Shown here: positions 38,030 through 51,770 of the stretch, piece after piece
Numbering within the stretch: the first letter of the stretch is position 1
How the letters are laid out: each line of letters opens with the position of its first letter
DNA from: Camelus dromedarius
Lineage: Eukaryota
Assembly (NCBI RefSeq): GCF_036321535.1
Contig: NC_087437.1
Span: 76,510,001-76,574,000, forward strand
Reading direction: 5' to 3'
Length of the DNA: 64,000 bases
Program-made: the position numbers and the translations under genes
Notes under the pieces: generated by a model
Told to the model about the DNA's origin: nothing
Database searches by the model: none
What the model saw: only the letters and a program-made list of their open reading frames with translations

Positions 38030-38200
38030 AGCAGAGATTCTTAACCTGAAATCATCTTTGGTTGATTACTTTAGAAGTCTTTGAATCCCTTGAATTATAG
38101 GCAAAAAATTGTGTTTATGATCTTTTATTTCAGGGGAGAAGCATCAATATTTTACCAAATCTTTGAAAGAGGCTGTGGTTTCCCTAGCTATTAAACACTA
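38030..38200. mobile_element. MER103-like MITE
   Basis: cagagattcttaacctg...ttcaggggagaagcatcaatattttaccaaatctttgaaag. Confidence 0.55.
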
Positions 38201-40269
38201 CTCTGAAAAGACTTAAGCTGCTCAGTAATGATGAGAATAGCTGATGATCTCAAAACACACATCCACAAAGAGTCTCCATTATTTATCTAGAAACATGGTT
38301 ACTAGAAATCCAAACAGCATTTGTGACTGATTGCTATTCTTTTTCTCCCCATACAGTGGTGGCAAAAGAAAGACTGTCAGTGAAGCATCTAAAGGTGAAT
38401 CACAAATATGTTAATTAGAAAACAGGTTGTTAAAATGGATCAGGTATGAACACATTTTGCATATCACAGAAGACACCTTAATTAAAGAAAGCTGTGGAAA
38501 AGCAGATAGCCATTTTTCAATTATATATAACAAATGTGACATTCTTTGATATCTTTGTTGGTAATTCAAAGGTATGGAAATGCCATACCTGACTATGTAA
38601 TTTGGGGCCACTGCTTTTAACAGAGACAGTGAGTCTAGAAATTCCTGCCCTGCTCAGAACAATCATGCTTTGACTTTTTCCTGTTTGTGCAATTACCAAG
38701 ATTGCACCTCATTGAACACTTTTATGTTGATGCACATGAATATTTACTGGGAAATAGACCTGAGTATTAAGGAAAAAGTCATCCAACTTTCTTGACTTAA
38801 TCAGGTTGTTTGTGAAGAGGCTATTTCAGAAACACGCGAGCTACAAATCAAAGGGATGTGACACCTTTTTATATTATCAGGCAACATGGTGAAGAAAAAA
38901 ATGAAATGGAGTTTGTGAACTTTATTACTCAGGGTGACAAGTTAATATGTGGGTGATGGTGTGCTGCTCCCAAATGAGATTTGTTGCATCTTCAGAACTG
39001 CTTACAATGTCTAAAGAGAGAGGGAAGTTTCCACACCGTCAACAGACTCGATTCTTCTGAGGAAGTTAGATTGGAAACTTGTAAGTCCACAGTCGTTCGC
39101 AGGCGATAAAGTGTGTGAAGTAGAGAGCGGGGAGAGACTTTGTTTGCGTGAAGAATTTTAATGAGTTAAAGTTTCTTTTCTTCTTATTAATTTCAGCATA
39201 GAGAGAGGGCAGTGAGATAAGGGAGTCATCAATCTTACAGATGTCTTTTTCTCCTACAAAAGGCAATGGTTGATTTGGTATAAGCATCATAAAACAGGAA
39301 GCCAAAAAATAGAAGCAAATCAAACATGATTTTATAGTTGTTATCATTCCTAAGAATATCTGCACTCCCACTGGCATATGTCTTAGATAGGCGAATGCAT
39401 GGTCTGTACACTGAGGGGCTGTGGTCATTAGGAAAGGATGTGCCTATTGGATATGACAGGTCTGTTCCAAGAAGTATCACTGGGTGTGCTCCCAGACCTG
39501 CTCATGATTCAGGGCTGTTTCCTTTTTGTACATAAGACAGGTGAATTATATTACTTGCTGGGTAAAAAGGAGGGCAGGAGATGAGTTAACTGAAACCATT
39601 TGACTCATTATTATCCCCTCAGTATTGACACAATGTCAGAAGAGGATCACTGAGTCAGATAGGACTAAAGTATTCTTTTAATCTGTGTTGGGGGCTTGTC
39701 TGTCCTGCTGTGCTAGACTATGCAGGTGGAAACCAGATAAACTCAAACCAGTTGTCTGATTAAATGGGCCAGCTGTCTCAATCGTAGCTCCAATAAATGG
39801 TGTTTCTGTGTCAATTTCCACATGTATACTTTGGAGTAAATTGTTAGATTCTCATCTCATGTTTTCTAGAGGAGACTTACAAGTATTGGAAAACAGTTTT
39901 GAAATCCTTGTTAAAACCTAAGACTGAGTCTCAGAATGGTTTTCCTCTTTATATGGTTAGTCTTAAATAGCTTTATATTTTTACTTTTTCATTTAACAAA
40001 CGTGAAGTAATTTATTTTGCTCCTCTTTGAGGGTGCGTGCTAAAAATAGGATCATTGAAAGGACACTTACAGTTTTCTGCTTGGCCCAGAATCCCTAACT
40101 TTTTTTCTGAAACAGCACTAAACCGTTTGATCTAAAATAACATATTATTTCCCAAATTGGACCCTCATCCATTTTTTAAAAAAATACCTAGCTGTGAAAG
40201 GTCAGAACTTATACTTGGTATCTACCATTCCCTTATTAAATCAGTGGGCAAAATGGCCTTAAAAGGGAC

Positions 40270-40430
40270 ATTCAATTGAATTAAAAGAAAAACATTATGT
40301 GAGGGCCTATTATACATCAAACCCTGTGAAAGCCATTGGGGAAGAAAAGGCAAATATTATACCATTTATGAAAATAAGTAAAGATATTAACAAACAAGTC
40401 TAACACGATGTGATAAGTGCTGTGAAAGGG
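40270..40430 (-). mobile_element. L2 3' end relic
   Basis: aaacattatgtgagggcctattatacatcaaaccctgtg...tgtgataagtgctgtga. Confidence 0.5.
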
Positions 40431-43089
40431 AATTTTGTTATGTGATTTCTGCATCAGTAGATTCCCAATTCAGTTAGTCTCATCTGACAAAGCAAATATT
40501 TTTTGTGGTGAGGAAATGTCACTTCTGTCACCACTGGAGATTACTATTTATCACCTTGTCATTTACTTGGATAATTTTACCAGGTATTGCCTTACAGATG
40601 GTATTGAGGGAGAATAAAACTGTTTTCAGTAGACCATCTTTGGCTTCTAAACTATGATACTTAAAATGTTTAGAGCATGGTGCATAGGGCGCCTCCTGCC
40701 CATCTGGCCTTCTCTTGAAGGACTAAATAATTGGTTTCTGTAGGATCTAGGACTAAAGCAAGTCCTCACTGTGATTAATTTTATTTCTGTCTTCCTTGGT
40801 CCATTTTTTCCAAATGAGAATATTTACTGAATATAAACTTAATTGCTTCAGAGGTTTTCAGAAAGATATTATGGTTGTGCCCTTGATTTGTTCCTAATCC
40901 CAACACTGAATTTTAACTGATCTTTTTTCCTTGGCAACTTTTTCAGTTTTATTTTTTATGACTTAGACAAAAGATTCATTTGCATGTTCCAATCCAGGAA
41001 GGCCCTGAATTTCCAAACTCTGAATGAAGGGCAAGAAAGAAAGAAATCAGGGATGCCCTGTAATCCTCCCCGTGTGTGTCATGCTTGTCTTCTTCACACC
41101 TGCTACGTCAGGAACTGGCACTGACACCGAGAGCCCTGTACAAAGACTTCCTCCACAGTCACCTTCCTGTCACCCACAAGGAGTCTCCGTGGCTCTTCAC
41201 CGTCTTGCTTTTAGAGCTTGACTTCCCATTGCTGTTCTGCTCCGTCAGAATCCACCACCCTCAGTGCTGTCGGGAAATCCCACGGGGCCTGCTCTCGTAT
41301 CCTCATCTCTGGCACCTGCACTGGCTGAGCTCTAACCTCAGCAACTGGGGACATGAGTGCCCTGCCCCCTAGCAACTCCTTCATTACATAAGCTGGAAAC
41401 CAGTGTATGCGCTATCCCCAAAAGCAATCAGAGCATGTTGACCTACCAGAAAGAACATGGTCACCCAAAAGGGAGTGGCCACAGTGCAGGCCGGGATATA
41501 GAGAAGAAACTCACTTGGGGATACTGGGAGCTTTCTATGACTGGACACAACTTATGTCTAGAGGACTTGGGTGAAGGCTGGTGAATAGTTTGAAATAATA
41601 GGATTGTATGACCTTCGTAAATAAGATTAACCTGAGTTTTTTTTAAAATACAGATTCTAATTGCACAGTGTCCTAAGGCTGTCTGAGTTTTATAGAGTGA
41701 TTTCACCTAAGTAAATTGCCTTACTCTTCTGAGCAGAGCCCAGGTAGCCTACTTAACTGTGAAAAACTGATATAGTTCTCTGTCCTCTTGGAAAATATTT
41801 AAAAACATATGAAGTAAAATTATGTCATCTTAACTACACTATGAGTTTAAAAGCATGCAGTCATCTCCACCAGCTTTTCCTTTGCCTTGGAGAATTGGAA
41901 TAATTACAAGGGCAGAAAAAACAAGGCTTTTCTCATAGGCAGATTCCTCCATCCTGGACTTTTGTTTAGGAATTCTTACCAGTTTCTTAGAGGAGCTAAA
42001 TTAAATTGCTGCAGTGAGGCCAGAGGGGGGCACCAAATAATCATGACTGATAGAGTGGTTAGGCTGAGAGCTTGTGGGAGGCCCAGGCATCAGGCCTGGG
42101 AAGCCTCTGTGTCTGTTTTGAACATTTTGGGCAGAAAGCATATTGAAGTCTCTCTGTTTACTGAATCATCGTTAAACCAGGAACTGACACTCCAGCTTCA
42201 GTGGCCCAAAACGTGCTCAGCTAATGAGGAAGCAGCATTTGGCAGGATCTGTGACTGCAAACATTCTAGAAAGCTTCTGCACTCTTTTAAACTCTTATTT
42301 CACTAATCAGAGCGAAACTGGGGGAATACCTGAGAAACAAGCTTTGCTGTGTCGTTGGAGGGTATTGGGATGGATCTAGAGAAATTATTGGCAGATCTCC
42401 AGTTTTATTTCTCCCTGATAAGTTGCTGAAATGTCTCTTTAGAGTCTTCTGGAAAGGGGGATACATGATCATATTTCAAAGTTTATCTTCATGTTTGGCT
42501 ATTTGAGAAAAACCTGCTTCCTTTGCTATGTTTCCTTAGGAAGGATTTCTAAGTTGAAGACAGCTTTCTAAAGCATTCCACCACAGTCGTTGCAGTTTAT
42601 CTCACAGGGAAAAGTCATGTTTCATGTTGTTGGTATTTACTACCCTTATTTGTAGTGGATTAATTGAGGGCAGGGGGCTAGGAAGAGGGCAAAGAGATTG
42701 GGATTTCCTTTGTTCAGTTGAGGAGGATATTGGTATGCCTACTCTGTTCTTTGCCGATACTTGCTGGGTTCCAACTCTTCTTGCAAAATATGTTTGAATA
42801 CCAAAAGTGATTAGTTATGACTATGTAAAGTTTAAGACTCACTTAAACTCTGGACTCTCCTCTGTCACCTCAATTCTCCTTTTTGACCTTCTGTATGGTT
42901 CAGGGGGATGTATTTCTAAGGGTCCCTCTACTGTCTCTTTCTGTAAGGTAAAATCTGTGCTTATCTTTTTTCCCCAGTGTGGTGGTCCATGACAAGTAAA
43001 CCAAGGCACACAGAACAGTTCTGACTTGGGGACAGAGCCTGTGAGGGTCTTTATAAATACTGGCCCCTTTATAGGACCACATTCTAACT

Positions 43090-43335
43090 TAGGGGTTAGG
43101 AACTTAGATTCTGGAGCCAGGCTGCCTGTGTATGAATTTAGGCTCTGCCTCTTACTACCTGTATGACCTTGGCAAGGTGCTCAGCCTTTCTGTGCCTCAG
43201 TTTCCACATCTGTAAAGTGGGATAATGATAGTATCATAGGGACATGAGAAGTTAATGAGAATTCAATTACACATAAAGCAATTAGAACAGAACCTCTCTT
43301 ATAGTGTTTCATAAGTACATGCTAAATAAATGTTT
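43090..43335 (+). mobile_element. Near full-length MIR
   Basis: tctggagccaggctgcctg...gctctgcctcttactacctgtatgaccttggcaag...tctgtgcctcagtttccacatctgtaaagtgggataat. Confidence 0.9.
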
Positions 43336-43574
43336 AAAGGCAATGTAAAACCTGTTATGCTAGCCTTACAGAATTTTTATTTCTCCAGAGAAATTTCCCA
43401 TCAGGTGATTTTCATACAGGCACATATTGACTTGGGTATCTCATGTACATGTGCCAGCTGCTTCCTGGGTGGAATTTGAGGACTCTCCTGCTATCTCTTA
43501 TGCACATAGAAACCTTTGAGACAGGAGAAATGGAACAACCAAAATCTTGTATAAAGATCATATTACAACCGACT

Positions 43575-43790
43575 CCTCGACATAATTTATTTAACAAACA
43601 TTTATATAGCCCTTACTATGTACCACACAGTGTTTTAAAAACTGTCCAAATATTAGCTCACTTAATCTTCATTATAAGATGAGAATACTTGTTGAATTTC
43701 AATTAAGTGATGTGGGAAAATCCTCTATCCCAGTGTCTGACATGGTAATCCTTCAGTAAATGTTTGTTGAGGGAATGAATACCTGTGAGT
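43575..43790. mobile_element. MIR tail (-) and L2 tail (+) fragments
   Basis: aacatttatatagcccttactatgtacca...ctcacttaatcttc; cccagtgtctgacatggtaa...taaatgtttgttgagggaatgaat. Confidence 0.55.
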
Positions 43791-43944
43791 GACTCAGTCA
43801 ATCAGTCTATCTTGTTTGCTATCAAAAAGCAAACAGTGCACTGGGATGTTATATTAAGTGGCCTAATGTGTTCTCAGAAGCTGGAAACAGTTGAGACTCT
43901 TCTTCCATAGCTGAATTCAATTTGCACTGAAGGGACTAAAGTAG

Positions 43945-43987
43945 CCTAAATTGAACATTCACTTGAACCTAAATTGAACACTCACTT
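43945..43987. repeat. Tandem duplication, 23-bp unit
   Basis: cctaaattgaacattcacttgaa followed by cctaaattgaacactcactt. Confidence 0.85.
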
Positions 43988-46900
43988 ACTATTTTAATGT
44001 TAAGTTTGACTGTTTAAATGTCATAAAATAGGTTAAGTCTTTGGTGACTTGTAGACTGTTGCACTCAACTATATTGATAGTTGAATGTACCATTCTAAAG
44101 TATCATTTTAATTGATATTTTGGATTTTGAGCAGAAAGCATGGTTCTGCTTAAAACATTGATTTGCCAATTTTTCTCACTCTTTGAATTGGATTATTTAT
44201 TTTTGTTCTAATCTAAGGAAACATGTAAACATCCTATTCCTTAATTTGTCAGTATCCTGAGAAGATCAGTAAACAAGTATTTAATATTTTGTAATGTTCT
44301 GTCATAATTGAAAATATCCACACATTAAGCCCGAGGAATAAATTACCTTAAAATATGTCAGGTCTATTCAAACATCCATTTGGGAACACTTAAGAGGTAA
44401 ATGCCAGTTTTTTATGAAGCTACAGTAAATGTTTTTATTCAACATGCTATCGCTCCAGTCAATTAGGGACTCATTCTATAGTCACTAAATTAGTTGCATT
44501 TAGTCTAAAATTGTACTGTTGAAGCACATGATAGAAAAGAGTCAGTGTAATAACAACCTAAGACTTCCATAGTCTGTATCTGTCTGTCTTTCTCTTTTCT
44601 CTTGCTCTGTCTCTAGCTACCAACTGAAATATTTATCTCTTCCTAACTATAACAAGCATCTGGTAAAGTGGGATTTAATTTTTTTTTAATGGAACTATTG
44701 AGATGTGCCAACTGAAGAGCATTTGGAAAAGTGTGCGTAAATTTATATGAACTTTGGTGCTAATGAAGTGGAGAGGAGAGATCAGATTGGCAGCCTTTTA
44801 TATCTGAGATTAAATGTTACAATCCTGCTGGGATGGACTTGAGCGATTGTGTGTAAATCCTGGGTTAGGGGAAGTCTACAAGTCTACTAAAGTAACAATG
44901 TTGGTAAAAAATAACAGCTGGGGAATAGACTGGTCTTGTACCTCATCCATTGGTCAGGGGTGGAAGGTGGGTTGAATTTTATGAATTGATAGTTGTTAAA
45001 AACTATCCCAATCCAGCCAAGTGATGATCAGGCTTGAAGCCAAGTGGCTGTTTGAACACCCTTACTTGCATGTAGCCCTGGGGTTGGGAGAGGTGGCAGT
45101 CTTCTCACTGCATGTTGAAGGTTTATTGAGATGAGGGGCAGAGTGATGAAAAGAGGCTATCATTGGAAAGTCTAGATTTCACCTGTGAGCTGAAGCCTCA
45201 TGTTTGTCACTAGGGACAGTGGACAGGACCACAGACAGAAGCAACAGGTTTCTGATAGAATTAGAGTATTAGAGATTCCTGGACCCGCAAGATGGTGCTA
45301 TGGGTGCCTGGAGGAAAGATATTAGACTTGTTTATTTGGCTATGCGCCTGTCCATGTAGATATTTAATAAAAATTCAGGTGGCTTAACAAATATATGTGA
45401 AAAAAAATACTGAATGGAAGTAGAAGCTTGACTGTTTTGCTTCAAAGCACCATGGCGGGGGGATTGTCTCATTATTTATTTGCCAACATGTGAAGTAGGA
45501 CCCTCAACTTTCAGTTTACATGGATACCCACCCTCCCTACACATGCATTCAAACAGTCTATAAATCTTCAACAACCTTCTTCTGCCCTTTCTGCCTCCTG
45601 TCTGGATGATGTCTGCTTCTGTAATCATGGGATGTAGCATGGCAGCTTCCACTTGTCAGACCGATCCTCTCAGCCCCCTGAACTTGCCTTGTTCATCATC
45701 ACCGCAGAGTACTTCTCATGCCATTTCTCTTACCTGTCTTCCTCACCTTTTTCTTTTCATCTCTACAGATACTGCCCACTCTTTATGGCTGAATGAAACT
45801 GTTTTGGCTACTTGTCCTAAACTTTTGCCCTTTCTCTAAACTTTTGCAACTTGGTCTATCCTAATACATCGAAAGCTTCTTAAGAGCAAGGACCACAGCT
45901 TTGTTATCTCCTATTTACTGCACTGTACCCTGATGCTGTGTGACCACAAACCAGCTGCTCAGAAATCTTCATTTGCTTAATCTGCTTTGCATTTCCTGAA
46001 CAAACTCAATCTCTGCCTCCTGCAAATTACAGATTCCTTCAGATAAATTAGATTTTTAGAAATGGAACCAAGAACCCCCTTTTGTTTTGTTTTGTATTTA
46101 TCTCCTGCTAACTCTCCTTGACTCTAATAATGGCAGAAAACTTGAAATAGCTGCGGGTTTTCTCTCTGGTGGAAAAGGTGCTATTACATTAGATATTCCA
46201 AAACATAATTTTGGTCATCAAGGTCATTATTCAAATAGGCTTTCTAGTAAGTTATTGAAGAATATTTATTTGAAGTCTTCTGAAAGGCTTTAATCTAAAA
46301 CTGATCTGATTAGACGGATGTATTTTCCAAGTTACAGTGCTCAAATTCATGATTATAATAATAGTGAAATAATTTACTTCCACAGTATATTTTAAGCCCT
46401 CCGAGACCTTAATGTTAAGCATTTTTTAAAGTACATATAGTAAGTTCTTAATAAATATTTGATGGAAAATTAATACATTTTAATACATAATGTTTTGAGT
46501 GTGCTATTCCATTTTTTGGCACATTGACAAGTATAATGAAATTGAATAGAAAATTCTGTAAAGTGCTCATTTATGATCAAATTTAAAACCTCTTTGAGGT
46601 TAGTAGAGGTGCCTTTGTCTTCACACAGCGTGAAAGACAATAAGCCATTTTTACACAGAGATTATATTTAGTTGTTTTCTTAGATTCACAATAATCCATT
46701 ATGACAATTGTGTTTTAGCACAAACTGACAAACAAGATATCAGCACTGTTATCTTTTCACTTTCCAGTTTCAATTATTCTTTCTTCTTCTTAACAGATTT
46801 CTTTCTCAAAACTATTCACAGGCATTTAAATTAAATTAGTATTCTTTAGGCTACATATGATAAAATTAATATTCTCTCTGGGTAAGTGGTTGATGATTAT

Positions 46901-47813
46901 TTTTGTAGTTGCATTATGGACTTTGTTACTATTCAAATAATACGTAATTTAAATTCTGACAAGCTTTTAAAACATTTTCTTCTAAGTAACACAGATTAGT
47001 CCTTTACCTCTCTTCTCAGACGGGGGTTGTGACTGAAATGTCAGATGGGAATAGGATTGTAAGTTTCTATTATAGCTGGACCTAGGTCAACAAGACCTGT
47101 GGGTAAGTAGAAGCATAGCTATGGATGGGTTCTGGAGCCTGCTTGCTAATGACATAGGCTTGTGGCAGTGGACATTGTAAGTTTAGTTTTTAATCTGCTG
47201 TCAACTAGCACAGTATCATAAATAGCATAAGAAAATAAATGTTTAGTCTTATGAGGAAGGCTACATTGACCTGACTCTTTCTCTGAATAACTTGACAAAA
47301 GATCTCATTCTCTGATGTGAGAGAAAAATACCAGTTGCAATGTTTTGCTGCATAACATATATTTTAGTTTAAATGAGTGGCATTAAAGTTATCTTCTTAC
47401 TTGAACAAAAATCATATTAAATTGAACATAATTTTATTACCCAAAATGAAATTAAATTTTTTGACAGTTATTTTTTCAGTTGGAAATTTATTGAGTTAAT
47501 AGAAAATGAATTACACAGCCTTCCAAAGAATATTTTACACAGTTTTGCATTTTGATTTTCTTTGGCATTGTGTGGTTTTTAGAAAATCTTTCAAGTTAAA
47601 TATATTAGGGTAGAAATTGCAAGAAAATAACCAGAGATACAACAGTAACTTTGCAGATAAAGACTTCTGTAAATTGCAATTCTGTTCATTGCAATATTAT
47701 TTATATAAATAATCTGGAACTACCAAAGTCTCCAAAAATAAATATATTGTTAGAAAAATGGTGACCTTTTCATTAGTAAGTGATTAGGTAGACTTTAAAA
47801 ACATTTTTAAAGT

Positions 47814-47938
47814 GGGCAGGGTATAGCTCAGTGGTAGAGCATATGATTTGCATGCATGAGGTCCTGGGTTCTATCCCCAGTATCTCCATTAAAATAAATA
47901 AATATATAAACCTAATTACCCCTCCCCCACAAAAATTT
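47814..47938 (+). mobile_element. tRNA-derived SINE (Vic-1-like), full length
   Basis: Box A tagctcagtgg 47824-47834, box B ggttctatcc 47867-47876, AT-rich tail; TSD (ttt)aaaaacatttttRaag at ~47794-47812 and ~47936-47954. Confidence 0.92.
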
Positions 47939-50115
47939 AAAAACATTTTTGAAGAAGTTTTAAAAGCACAAAAAAAATTTTTTTCCAATGTATGGAAAAA
48001 CACATCAACAAACAGAAAACCAACTTTATATACTATAGAATTTTGGCTTGTGAAGACAAACACACGAGTGGACATAAGGCAGAGTAGCACATTTAATCCT
48101 CACAGGAGCACAATGAGATTGCTTTGGGCAACTCGGAAACTTTCAATCTCAAGAATGGATTCCCTGGATGAATAGTTTTTGGAGATCATTTTGGAGTCGA
48201 AAATCATAGGTCAACAATTTGAAATCCATGCAAATTGTGTATTGGAAGACATTAACTATGCAAATGTAATGGTATAATTGCTTTTAAGAGTGTATTTCTT
48301 TGGAGGAGATGGTTCAGGCTGATTCTTAAAGTATAAACTGACCAATTGAGTTTAGATATTAAAATACCCAACAATGACTTGTCCCCTCTGTAGCCTTGGT
48401 CTGATCATCTGGTCCTTAACATCTTAAGGTTTCCCTAAAATGAACTGCTTTGCCCCAGTGAAATGGAACAATCCCTTTGATAGAGCTTGCATTCCAGTGG
48501 TCTTCCAGCTAGGACTCCAAAGAGGAAGTGATCTTCTCCCAAAACAGAATGAAGAGATCCCAAATGCTTGGAGCTCAAGGTTTCTAGGATCTGCCTTTGC
48601 AGTTTTTCTCCACTTATTGGCGCCCTTCCATTAGCTACACTGACCTCTGAAGGGTTAAGAATGGTGTTGCTTGTTGTGCTAACAGGCTTCACTTACGATG
48701 TTAGAGACTGAAGTAAGTGTTGGCAATAAAGTGTTTGTGCTCAGATGCTCATTTCCTCCTGACAATCATACGCTATGATGCCAGTGCTTGCAAATGGTTT
48801 TAATACAGAGGAGAATTGGGCTTTGATTGTTTATTTAAGAATGATATCTAAACACTGGTTGGTAACTTTGTTTGGCATATAAGTAAAATTAAAACATAGA
48901 GAAGACCTTAATTTGCTTAAAGTCACACGTCTACTCATGACAGGCAAGAGTCAGTATTTCACCTAACTCTGGCCTTTGGTTATTTCAGTAGTGGGATACA
49001 GAGAGCTTTTTTTTTTTTTTCCTCTGTATTTTCTAAATCTGATGTGATGATATTGCTTTTATGATTAAATAATAAATGTTATGAAAGTAGAAGTAAAACA
49101 TTTTTACATAATTTGGAGAAGAGACAAGAGATTTTGCCTATTAGTGAGAAACATGTCCCTGCTTCTCTTTTCCATCCTGTACTCTTTGCTATGATTACAC
49201 ATGCCATATTACACCGAAATGACCTGAAGACAGATGGAAAAGAATGTGCTCTACATACCTGAAAATAGCTTCCTCAACTTACAGTTTTATTAATGCCTGT
49301 GTGATCAGACTGCAAAAATTAGGGTATATTATTAACTAAGCTTATTCAAGTGCTAATTCTTAATAAAAATACAGAACAATAAAAACAGTTCACAAGATAT
49401 TCTGTAATATTTACCACTTGATTTCTTTAAGTTCCAACAGCATTCTGTTTAGCTGTAGAAGCTAGAATATATACAAATTTGCATGGATATAAACTGTTAG
49501 TTCTCTTTGGGCTAAGTGTGCTTATCCCCAGGAAAGAAACACAAATTTTGGAATTCATTTTTATTCATGGAGTTGCTCTCTTTAGACTTCTGAGAAAAAG
49601 AGCTACTGGGCAGATGAGTTAAATATGTTACTCCTGTCTGACATGTCTGCGCATCAAGACTAGCTGATACGGTGCACTTTAATGACCCTTCTATAGTCAA
49701 GACTGATGCTGACACTAACAAAAAGGATTTGGGGCAGTGAACTGTGTTCACCTGCATATCAGCTTCTAGCTTCACCACAAGCATTTTGTGCTACCTGTTG
49801 CTTAAGCACTTATTTGTATCTATATATATTAAATGCTCCTTTAATATTTAAGGATTTTATCCTGGGTGGCAGAGGGGACAATTTGGATTATACTATTTTG
49901 ACCAGCAAATTCGTTGATTGAGAAAACTAAGCGGCTTGATCATTTAAGAGCTAAAAGTCACTAAATCAGCAGCTATTGAAATTTCTTTTTCAGTATCTGT
50001 TGAAACATCTATTTGAGCCATGTTTGTAAATGAAGTAATTCAAAGGTATTTCAAAAGCATGTACATTCAGAAAAATTCTTTTGATTCTGAGAGTTATATA
50101 AAACTTCATACTTGA

Positions 50116-50156
50116 AGTACTTTATAAAGAGTACTTTATAAAGAGTACTTTATAAA
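50116..50156. repeat. Tandem repeat (AGTACTTTATAAAG) x3
   Basis: Three consecutive 14-bp units, the last lacking the final G. Confidence 0.95.
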
Positions 50157-51486
50157 AAATGCTAAATATTGAATGATTGAAGATTGTTAATGGCAGACTG
50201 GGCAGTGAAAAAAAAAGGGCATCAGAGAGATGGAGTGGTATTCAGAGACACAACTAATTTAGACTGTCTCTGGGGCAGTACTTAACTGAAAACTAGCATG
50301 GACTTCTGAAGGATAGACTGTTTCTGTTTGGGTCTTACAGGATGTTCAGCTTAAAAGACTGTCTAAAAGTATGGTTCCAGGGTGCTTGAGGGTCTGCAGC
50401 TAAGGTGAATCCTGGCATAAATCAGTAACAAACTTTCAAAATGACAAGAATTCTTCTGAAACTGTTCATTCTTTTGGAGGAACAGCACAACATTCAGCTT
50501 TGAGAATCTCTCACCAGTGCCCATTAGTTTTAGAGCAATAACTAGATGATAATTAGCCTAGTAGCTCTCTCAGTAATTTTATATTTAGGGTGATCAATGT
50601 CAATATATATCTTCATGGTTTCAGTCCCTTTGTGTGTATCTGCTTTCTAGCAAATTGAGGCGACCTCCAGTATTTGGGATGATTGACTTGGACTGCTAGG
50701 GGGAGGCTCCCTTCTGACTTACCCCAGGAATACTGGTTACTCCCATGGTCTCAGTAGCCCAGAAAGAAGTGAATGAAATAGCTAAAGAGAAAATCCCTAG
50801 TGATTACAAGTAGGGATTATTTAATGCTGTTAAATAGAATATTTCATAGAGATCTTAACTGATCAAGGAAGGTAACTTTTTTCTTTGTGAATGCAACCTG
50901 AACATTCTACCAAAGCAAGAGTGTGATAAAAATCCTTCCACTGATACGGCTTATGGTAGATAAGGGATGTAATACAGCAGAAAAGAAAAGCAGGCTCACA
51001 GTGGAGATTAAACTGAGCTGAGAGAAATCTTCTCAGATAATAAACATTTGTTGTCAGGGTTTTGCAGGGTGTTTGGGAAGAAACTGATGCCACAGAAATT
51101 CATTTGGCAAAGACCACATTAAAATGATGAATTTTGTCATTTGTAATAAAGAGATCAAAAGTTACTTTTGAATTATATTGAAAAGATTGATATTAAAAAG
51201 TGATGTTCTGATAGATATTTCTGAAAGGTATAATAAGTGTAAAATACAGACAAGATCTGCAGGTGAAGAGAACTAGATATCTAAGAGGGACCAGAAGCCA
51301 CACCTGATACTGCTGAGTCATTTCCTCTGGCTTCAGGATTCCCCAGGAAGGAAGAGCTGGATGCTTAGCCCAGGACCAGCCTGCAGGTTCTATAGGTGAG
51401 TGAGCAGGGGGGAATGTATTTGAGGGTGAGGGAAGCTTAGTTGCAGTCTCAGTAACAAAACATTTTTTGTTTAAAAAATTTTTTTC

Positions 51487-51770
51487 TGTTAAATTGATTA
51501 AACAAAGAGGCCATTAGACTGAGGTGGCTTCAATGCCCCAACCCATGTAAAGAAACCAAAATTAAGCCTGTAAATGCCCAAGGTCACCAAATCAAAAGGC
51601 TAAGGACAACCAATCACTAACAACTAACTAGGCTTTAAGCCACAGCCAATCAAATATTTCTCTTTCTCTGCTTCGGCACTTCATATGTCTTTCCAATCTG
51701 GCTCTGGTAGGTGGAGCACCCTGAGCCACTTCTGGCTTGGCGTTGCCCAGTTCCAATTGTTTATGTGTTG
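51487..51770 (+). mobile_element. ERV1-class LTR relic
   Basis: tgttaaattg...gaggccattagactgaggtggct...ccaatc...cagccaatcaaatatttc. Confidence 0.6.

Noticed and set aside
41887..42306. 139-aa ORF
   Set aside because: Non-ATG start, no recognisable homology and no supporting splice structure
44720..45360. Possible ancient LTR-like sequence
   Set aside because: I could not assign it to a family or find its termini by eye
47814..47890. tRNA-like sequence with A and B boxes (also at 2345, 12222, 16481)
   Set aside because: It has an AT-rich tail and TSDs and occurs as multiple diverged copies, so it is a SINE rather than a tRNA gene
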